A stretch of DNA of 64,000 nucleotides, from positions 63,408 through 127,407 of the forward strand of contig JANJXX010000001.1 in assembly GCA_024720975.1 (NCBI GenBank), given 5' to 3'. The DNA comes from Thermoproteota archaeon. GTDB lineage: Archaea > Asgardarchaeota > Njordarchaeia > Njordarchaeales > Panguiarchaeaceae. The notes under the pieces are model-generated. The model was not told the DNA's origin. It saw nothing but the letters and a program-made list of their open reading frames with translations, and did no database searches. The stretch's first letter is position 1. Every line of letters starts with the position of its first letter. Positions 58,200 through 64,000 of the stretch are shown one piece after another. The position numbers and the translations under genes are program-made.

Positions 58200-58801
58200 T
58201 ATATGAGAGAGCACATGGTTCTTAGTTCCGTGAGGATATTGTATCCGAAATGCTCCTTCAGAAGTCGGTACAGGAGAGCCAGAGGTAACCCGACAACGTT
58301 CCAAAAGTCTCCCTCGATTCTATCAATGAACAGTGCTGCTAGTCCTTGTATAGCATACCCACCGGCCTTGTCAAGAGGTTCTATTGTTCGAGCGTAGAGT
58401 TCTATCTCCTCGTCAGAGAGCTCTCTGAACCTCACTTTTGTTAATTCACTACTAACAACTTCTTTCATACTTGATGCATCTATTATTGCAATTCCAGTAA
58501 CCACGAAATGCTCCCTTCCGCTAAGTTTTCTGAGGAATTCCTTTATCTCGTCTACATTTTTGGGTTTTTCCAGGACTTCATTGTCTACAAATACTACGGT
58601 ATCAGCAGCTATGACTAGTCCCCTGTCAAATAGGCGCGCTACACATCTGGCTTTCTCTAGCGCTTTTAGTTCAGCAAGTTCAACTGGGTCGTTGGACTTT
58701 ACCTCTACTTCATACGTCGGCGGGAAAACTCTAAAATTTAATCCAAGCTTCTGAAGTAATGTAATTCTACGGGGAGATGATGATGCTAGAATAATCTCCA
58801 A
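58199..58801 (-). CDS. maf: Maf family nucleoside triphosphate pyrophosphatase
   Basis: ILASSSPRR, AADTVV, LEKP, DKAGGYAIQG, NVVGLP. Confidence 0.95.
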   Translation of the reverse strand: MEIILASSSPRRITLLQKLGLNFRVFPPTYEVEVKSNDPVELAELKALEKARCVARLFDRGLVIAADTVVFVDNEVLEKPKNVDEIKEFLRKLSGREHFVVTGIAIIDASSMKEVVSSELTKVRFRELSDEEIELYARTIEPLDKAGGYAIQGLAALFIDRIEGDFWNVVGLPLALLYRLLKEHFGYNILTELRTMCSLI

Positions 58802-58811
58802 TGTCTTACCC

Positions 58812-60650
58812 CTATGACGTCATTCGGATTCTTATGCTTAACCTATCTGGAAAACACTGAGCTTTCTTCGGGTAATTGTCTTGTTTCATATCAAGAATCT
58901 TTATGAACTCTTCCAAGGACATAACACTCTGTTTGTTTGCTGCCCTACACCTCACCGATAAAAGCCTTTGTTCTTTCTCTTTTTCGCCGATAATGACGAC
59001 ATAAGGAACCCATTCCTTTTCGGCGTCGAGTATTTTTCTGGATAGCGTACGATTTGTATCATCTATATCGACTCGATAGCCTCTAGAAGCTATTTCGTTC
59101 TTCACATCCTCAGCATAGCTAAGTACATTTTCGTTAACTGGTATAATTCTGACTTGCACTGGTGATATCCAAAATGGTAGCATTGGTTTCTTTCCCTTAT
59201 TCTTCATCTTCATAGCAGAATCAAAAAGCATGTATATGTACCTCTCAATAGTTCCCAGTATCGCTGTATGAATAATTACTGGAAATCTCTTCTTTTCCTC
59301 TTCGTCTATGTAATTTATATTGAATCTTCTTGCATTGCCTACGTCTATTTGAACTGTGCCGATTTCACGCGGTCTGCCTATGTAGTCTACTATGTGATAC
59401 TCAATGTTTATCGTCCAGTAGTATGCCCCCTCGGTTTGATATACAGCCACTAAGACAGGTCTGCCTAAGTTCTTAGCAATATCTTTTATGAACTCTTTAT
59501 ATCGCCTATACTCTTCCTCAGAAACGACATTAACAAGTAGGTCGTACGTCTCTCCAAGTTTTTTCGCTTCCTCAATAATTATGTCATGAACTTTAAGTAA
59601 ATACACTTTAGCCTCTTCTTCACTTCTGGTTAATATGTGCAGGTCTGGCATCCAGAATCTTCTTACGCGAAAGCTTAACTCTATTTCTCCGCTTTGTTCG
59701 TATCTGTAAGAGTCCGCGACTTCGAATATTCCAAACGGCATTTGCTTGTAGGTTATGTACCAGTCACTAAGCATGGAAAATTGTTGATGACATGCCGCAT
59801 ATCTAAGGACAAATGTCCCCCTGTCTGTGGAAATTTTGTATAATCTATCTCCATATAGATCTGCATGCTCCTTAACAGCTCTGTCCTTCATATTGAAGAA
59901 TGCAGTACCCTTCACCTCATAGATAGGTATACCTAGCTTTTTTATCACATTCCTCGAGTACTCTGTGGCTATTTCGAAAATCAGAGCCGCGTATGGAGCA
60001 AGTCTCTGGTGACCAAAATCTGAGCGCTCTTCCCATTCAAATCCAAATCTTTTTAAATACTCCAGCATTTCATGCTTTACTTCACCTAGTGGCTTACTTA
60101 AAGCCTCTTTTTCTACAAGAATCCTAAACTCTTCCGGTAGCTTGCTAAGGAGATCCTCGCTCGGGGGTAATTCTTCACCGTCTGGGGTTATTATTATATA
60201 TCTCTTTCTTACAGCCTTCCTGCGCACTTCAGCAACGTCATCCTTTGTGATTATTCTTAATCTTTCAGCTATCGGGTGGCCCTTTACTTCAGCTTTGAAT
60301 TCTTTATAATGTCCAAATGGTGCTAGGTACGTCTCCAAATTGTTCTCTTTGAGAGCGTCGTATAATCTACTCAATAATTCCTTTGCCATGTCAGGAGGTG
60401 CTAATTCTCTCGATAAATGAGCGTAGGGGTATAACAAAATTTTGTTTACCTTCACTTCATTAGCCATGTTTATGATCTCTTCCTTAGCATATTCAACAAC
60501 ATCTATGTTGTCGTCCATCTCAACCGTTACTAGAATCACAAGGATTTCACTAAATTCTCTCCAGGATTTGTCAACTTCTTCTGCGGTCTCCATAGCTTTA
60601 GAGGTAGGTCTATATGCAAACTTAGAGCAGTGCCAAGCGAGCATCCTCAA
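58812..60650 (-). CDS. thrS: Threonine--tRNA ligase (archaeal type with N-terminal editing domain)
   Basis: YPYAHLS, APFG.YK.F, LRYAAC, SYRYEQSGE, MPDLH, GTIER. Confidence 0.96.
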   Translation of the reverse strand: MRMLAWHCSKFAYRPTSKAMETAEEVDKSWREFSEILVILVTVEMDDNIDVVEYAKEEIINMANEVKVNKILLYPYAHLSRELAPPDMAKELLSRLYDALKENNLETYLAPFGHYKEFKAEVKGHPIAERLRIITKDDVAEVRRKAVRKRYIIITPDGEELPPSEDLLSKLPEEFRILVEKEALSKPLGEVKHEMLEYLKRFGFEWEERSDFGHQRLAPYAALIFEIATEYSRNVIKKLGIPIYEVKGTAFFNMKDRAVKEHADLYGDRLYKISTDRGTFVLRYAACHQQFSMLSDWYITYKQMPFGIFEVADSYRYEQSGEIELSFRVRRFWMPDLHILTRSEEEAKVYLLKVHDIIIEEAKKLGETYDLLVNVVSEEEYRRYKEFIKDIAKNLGRPVLVAVYQTEGAYYWTINIEYHIVDYIGRPREIGTVQIDVGNARRFNINYIDEEEKKRFPVIIHTAILGTIERYIYMLFDSAMKMKNKGKKPMLPFWISPVQVRIIPVNENVLSYAEDVKNEIASRGYRVDIDDTNRTLSRKILDAEKEWVPYVVIIGEKEKEQRLLSVRCRAANKQSVMSLEEFIKILDMKQDNYPKKAQCFPDRLSIRIRMTS

Positions 60651-60713
60651 ATCAGTTCACCACGCTATGTTGTTTAGTATATCAATTTCTTCTAAGTTAA
60701 TGTAATGCTAGTT

Positions 60714-61664
60714 TCAAATGAAGGTAAGAAAAACTCTTTGAGTTATAGGTTTGACGTTTGGAGGCCCTATATCCTCCTCGTACGTGTAGTATAGCTTCCA
60801 AAAGATGTTAAACAGCATACTTAAGCGGTCGTAGATATCTTTTCTCACGCTAGCGGAAGGAATTCTTTTATTTAATACGTAGTATACATATAAAATTGCT
60901 GTAGAAGCAAAATTTATGCTAACAATAGAGCCCCAGGAGAATTCACTGATTATCGGAAAAAATATATTAGACAATCTTTCCGCTTTCTTACTTCTTTTAA
61001 GAACCCCTGGCATGTACCTACGGAGAGCGTTAAAGGCAGCATAATAGCAGAGGCCCTCCTCATCTTTAGAGTTCAGTATAGAGTACTTCATCTTGTAAAG
61101 AAAGCGCCCTGCTTTGCATATACACTCAATAGAATAGCTTATGTCTTCAAGAATTCTGTGAGCAACTGAATGAGCATATAGAAAAACTATGAACTCTATG
61201 AATAGCGAGTTAACCAAACTTTTTAAGTTCTTTCTAATGCCCAATAACCGTAATGTTAGAGCTTCGGAGCCTCCACTGAGCGCTCTGATAAACTTAGTAG
61301 TCTTGAGCACTTCTTGGAATATGCTTGCGATCTCAACGAAATCCTCTAATAACTTCATAGCCCTAAAGTATATGCCGTGGTTTTCATTATCAAAGTGGTA
61401 TGGTACATAAAAAGTGAGTCTATCAACGATTATCGTTTTACTAGAGTACCTTGCTGGGGGCTCCTTATTTGCCCAGGCGGAAAACTCCTTCAGGTTTACT
61501 ATAAAGTATGAACCCTTCCTCATAAATGAGTCTGTATCGCTTATAAATCTTTTTATGTCCTCGTTAACGAATCCTTTATGTTCCCTGAAGAAATCTGTCA
61601 GTTCATGTAAGACTTCCTCAGGAATATCAGGACGGTATTCAATCCAAGCTTGTTGGGCGCTCAT
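60714..61664 (-). CDS. Hypothetical protein with zincin-like signature (HSxxH)
   Basis: FY.PYH...GIY, YAHSVAH..LE, EEGLC. Confidence 0.55.
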   Translation of the reverse strand: MSAQQAWIEYRPDIPEEVLHELTDFFREHKGFVNEDIKRFISDTDSFMRKGSYFIVNLKEFSAWANKEPPARYSSKTIIVDRLTFYVPYHFDNENHGIYFRAMKLLEDFVEIASIFQEVLKTTKFIRALSGGSEALTLRLLGIRKNLKSLVNSLFIEFIVFLYAHSVAHRILEDISYSIECICKAGRFLYKMKYSILNSKDEEGLCYYAAFNALRRYMPGVLKRSKKAERLSNIFFPIISEFSWGSIVSINFASTAILYVYYVLNKRIPSASVRKDIYDRLSMLFNIFWKLYYTYEEDIGPPNVKPITQRVFLTFI

Positions 61665-61730
61665 GCTGGTGTCTCCTAGGGACCGTTGAGTATCTTAAAA
61701 TCGCCGATATAAAATAACATTTAAGGGAGG

Positions 61731-62852
61731 GTGAACTTATTGTTTGACCCTGTTGAATTAGCATTCTATCACAATGAAACCTTAAAAAAATACGAAGAAA
61801 AACTATCCGAGGAACAAAAGCAAAAGGCTCTGAAAGACCCACATGCTCGAAGATATCCTCGTCCCTGTGGTTTCACTGTACATCTTGTTGTTGGCTGTCC
61901 ATTTGATTGTACCTACTGCTATATTTACGATATGAACTTTGACAGAACTCCCAAGCCAGTTCAGCTTAAACCAGATGAGCTCGTTTACTCGCTCCTCAAG
62001 AACCCAAATTTTATCTCCGGCAGGTGGGGATCTCTAATAGCAATAGGTTCTATATCCGAACCATTCATCTTCCCTGAGCTGGCTCTCGATTATCTTCGAG
62101 AACTATCGATGCTTGGCAACCCAATGCAGTTCTCAACTAAAAGCTATTTAAGTCGAAGTTACTCGGAAACGCTTTCCCACATCAAAACTACCCTGAACCC
62201 CCTGGTTACAATAGTCACGATTGAGCTTACCGATATTCTTGAACCTAAAGCTCCAAGCGTAGATAAGAGACTAGAAACAATTAGAAATCTGTCCTCCGCT
62301 GGATTTAAAGTATCACTATTCTTGCGACCGATTATTGCTGGTGTGAATTATGAGGAAGCTGAAACAATTTTGAAGTTAGCGCATGAAGCTGGGGCAAATG
62401 CTGTTATTATTGGCTCTTTCCGCATAACTTATAGAATTTACATGAGGCTTAAGGAATTGGGACTCAACCTTCGGGAGCTAGAAGGAAGAGTTAACATGAG
62501 AAAGCTAAGAAAAATGCCGAGTAAACAATTCACAGTTCCTCTAACACAGAAAGAAAGAAGCAAACTTATTCTCTTAGCCCGTGAGATTGGCCTTACTCCC
62601 TTCAAATCAGCGTGTTGTAGTAATTCCAGTAATGCCGGTGTGACTTGCCCATCTATTTGCTTCGAAACAGGATTCTGCACGAAGTGCCCTAACATGTGCC
62701 AGGAGCGTCCACGCCCTGCAGTTGCCCGTGTAAAAGAAGCGCTGAGAATCTTAGGATTAACAGTCTGTATTGAAAATTCTAATGATATGATACTTATTAG
62801 TGACAGAAAATATAGATCGCTGGTCCAGGTTCTTTCTAGACGACTCCTATAG
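61731..62852 (+). CDS. Radical SAM protein (SPL-like archaeal family)
   Basis: HARR.PRPCG, GCPFDCTYCY, GSISEP, FLRPII.G, CC. Confidence 0.88.
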   Translation: MNLLFDPVELAFYHNETLKKYEEKLSEEQKQKALKDPHARRYPRPCGFTVHLVVGCPFDCTYCYIYDMNFDRTPKPVQLKPDELVYSLLKNPNFISGRWGSLIAIGSISEPFIFPELALDYLRELSMLGNPMQFSTKSYLSRSYSETLSHIKTTLNPLVTIVTIELTDILEPKAPSVDKRLETIRNLSSAGFKVSLFLRPIIAGVNYEEAETILKLAHEAGANAVIIGSFRITYRIYMRLKELGLNLRELEGRVNMRKLRKMPSKQFTVPLTQKERSKLILLAREIGLTPFKSACCSNSSNAGVTCPSICFETGFCTKCPNMCQERPRPAVARVKEALRILGLTVCIENSNDMILISDRKYRSLVQVLSRRLL

Positions 62853-63998
62853 TTTGACTTTCTGCAGTACCCTTTGGAGTAATTTTACAAGGTCTTCCTT
62901 ACTGTCTATAGGACCGCTCTCTATTACCACTTCTTTCATCGGAATCTTTATTTGTGGTTTCGATCCTGACAGAATTATAAATTTAATATTCTCAAACAAC
63001 CTTAGAACCTCGCTGGTACCTTCTGGTAAACCGCCCTCTGACATTAAAATTACTCCTTGTGCTTTTTGGAGAAGCTCTTTCTTGCGGCTTGGTGGAAGAC
63101 TTTTCACTAATGCTTGCACGGTTACCCTTAGATTTATATCGTCTGTGGTTTCAGTGAATTCCCATCGGAACGGTTCGATCTTGTAGTTTAGCAAGATGCT
63201 GGCTGCCTTCTTGAGTGATTCCGCATCACCTAGTAGCGAAACTAGGAGCTTAACATCTCTAGGTTTAGGTTTGGTGAGCATGGGGGGCAACGGAGGCGGG
63301 GGTGCAGTTACTGGAGGTCTCTCCGGCACAGTTTTTGTTGAGGGTATTATCGGTGGAACTTCCCGCGGAGGAATTTCTCTCGCTTTTGCCTCCTCAGGTC
63401 CTGTTTTTGTGGGTAATTGCAGCGGGGTAAGATCTCTCCGTTCACCTTCGGCGATGCTTATTGGGATTTCAACTTGTGGATGCACTTCTGGAGGTGCTGA
63501 AATTTCGAAACCAATTAATTTTGCAGCCTCTTCAAGTGCCCTTACAACCTCTAATTTTAATTCGCTTGTCCGAGTTTCGGGTTTTGTTTCAGGCTGTTGG
63601 GTGCTTGTTCTCAATGATTCAATGCTGTCTTTAATATTTTGGATCTCTAGACTGATCTCATCTACTTTCTTCTTTAGAAGGTTTATGGAAGCTTCAACAG
63701 GTTCAAGCGCGCCAGAGAGTTCTTTTACCATTTTTGTGAGCTCATCAATTTTATTTCCGAGAGTTGAGTCCACTATATCAATTAGTGCAGCCTTGAGATC
63801 TTCTAATTTCATGGGAGGACTAGGTGCATAATCTCCTGATATAGAAACAGTTTGTGTCGGGGCTGGATACTGCACTTTTTGCTCCGGTTGCTGCGCTGGA
63901 TATTGTGGTGCTGATGGAGGCGTTGGTGTTGAGATCTCTTCAATACGCGGAGCAATTTGTTCTTGAGTTTTTGGAATTGGCATGGCTCCCGCTCTCAT
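62847..63998 (-). CDS. Pro-rich/coiled-coil protein with C-terminal degenerate small-GTPase-like domain (may be 5'-truncated by window edge)
   Basis: Low-complexity P/E/T regions, coiled coil, C-terminal alpha/beta domain. Confidence 0.7.
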   Translation of the reverse strand: MRAGAMPIPKTQEQIAPRIEEISTPTPPSAPQYPAQQPEQKVQYPAPTQTVSISGDYAPSPPMKLEDLKAALIDIVDSTLGNKIDELTKMVKELSGALEPVEASINLLKKKVDEISLEIQNIKDSIESLRTSTQQPETKPETRTSELKLEVVRALEEAAKLIGFEISAPPEVHPQVEIPISIAEGERRDLTPLQLPTKTGPEEAKAREIPPREVPPIIPSTKTVPERPPVTAPPPPLPPMLTKPKPRDVKLLVSLLGDAESLKKAASILLNYKIEPFRWEFTETTDDINLRVTVQALVKSLPPSRKKELLQKAQGVILMSEGGLPEGTSEVLRLFENIKFIILSGSKPQIKIPMKEVVIESGPIDSKEDLVKLLQRVLQKVKL

Positions 63999-64000
63999 TT

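Noticed and set aside
58200-58304. N-terminal extension of the ASCH ORF in the track
   Set aside because: It overlaps maf; the TAATG coupling points to ATG 58199.

Overview
Gene-dense archaeal chromosomal segment with GGTGA-type Shine-Dalgarno sites and archaeal-type ThrRS, RibC, PdaD and DNA ligase. A Rab-like GTPase, a Roadblock protein, a probable longin-fold membrane protein and many coiled-coil or alpha-solenoid orphans suggest an Asgard-like lineage (inference). Content: the end of a surface-glycosylation cluster; ribB/ribC; ferredoxin; asnS; a face-to-face (HTkC-like) histone; feoAB; a PD-(D/E)xK plus HNH nuclease pair; flippase; IMPase; Clp1; ino1; dispersed 2-hydroxyacid genes (GlcD, an apparently split and partly Cys-less GlcF/CCG, LarA, D-2-hydroxyacid dehydrogenase); AglH and UppP; a MoxR-vWA-helical protein operon; solo Cas4; ligase; Maf; thrS. 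Non-coding elements absent from the ORF track are a box C/D sRNA (26013-26063) and a 221-bp non-autonomous IS200/IS605 element (26682-26902) with matched cleavage/guide tetranucleotides and an omega-RNA-like right end but no tnpA/tnpB. Two genes need non-canonical (CTG) starts, and several proteins look like pseudoenzymes. No rRNA, tRNA or CRISPR array was recognised. All assignments are by eye from motifs; no searches were run.
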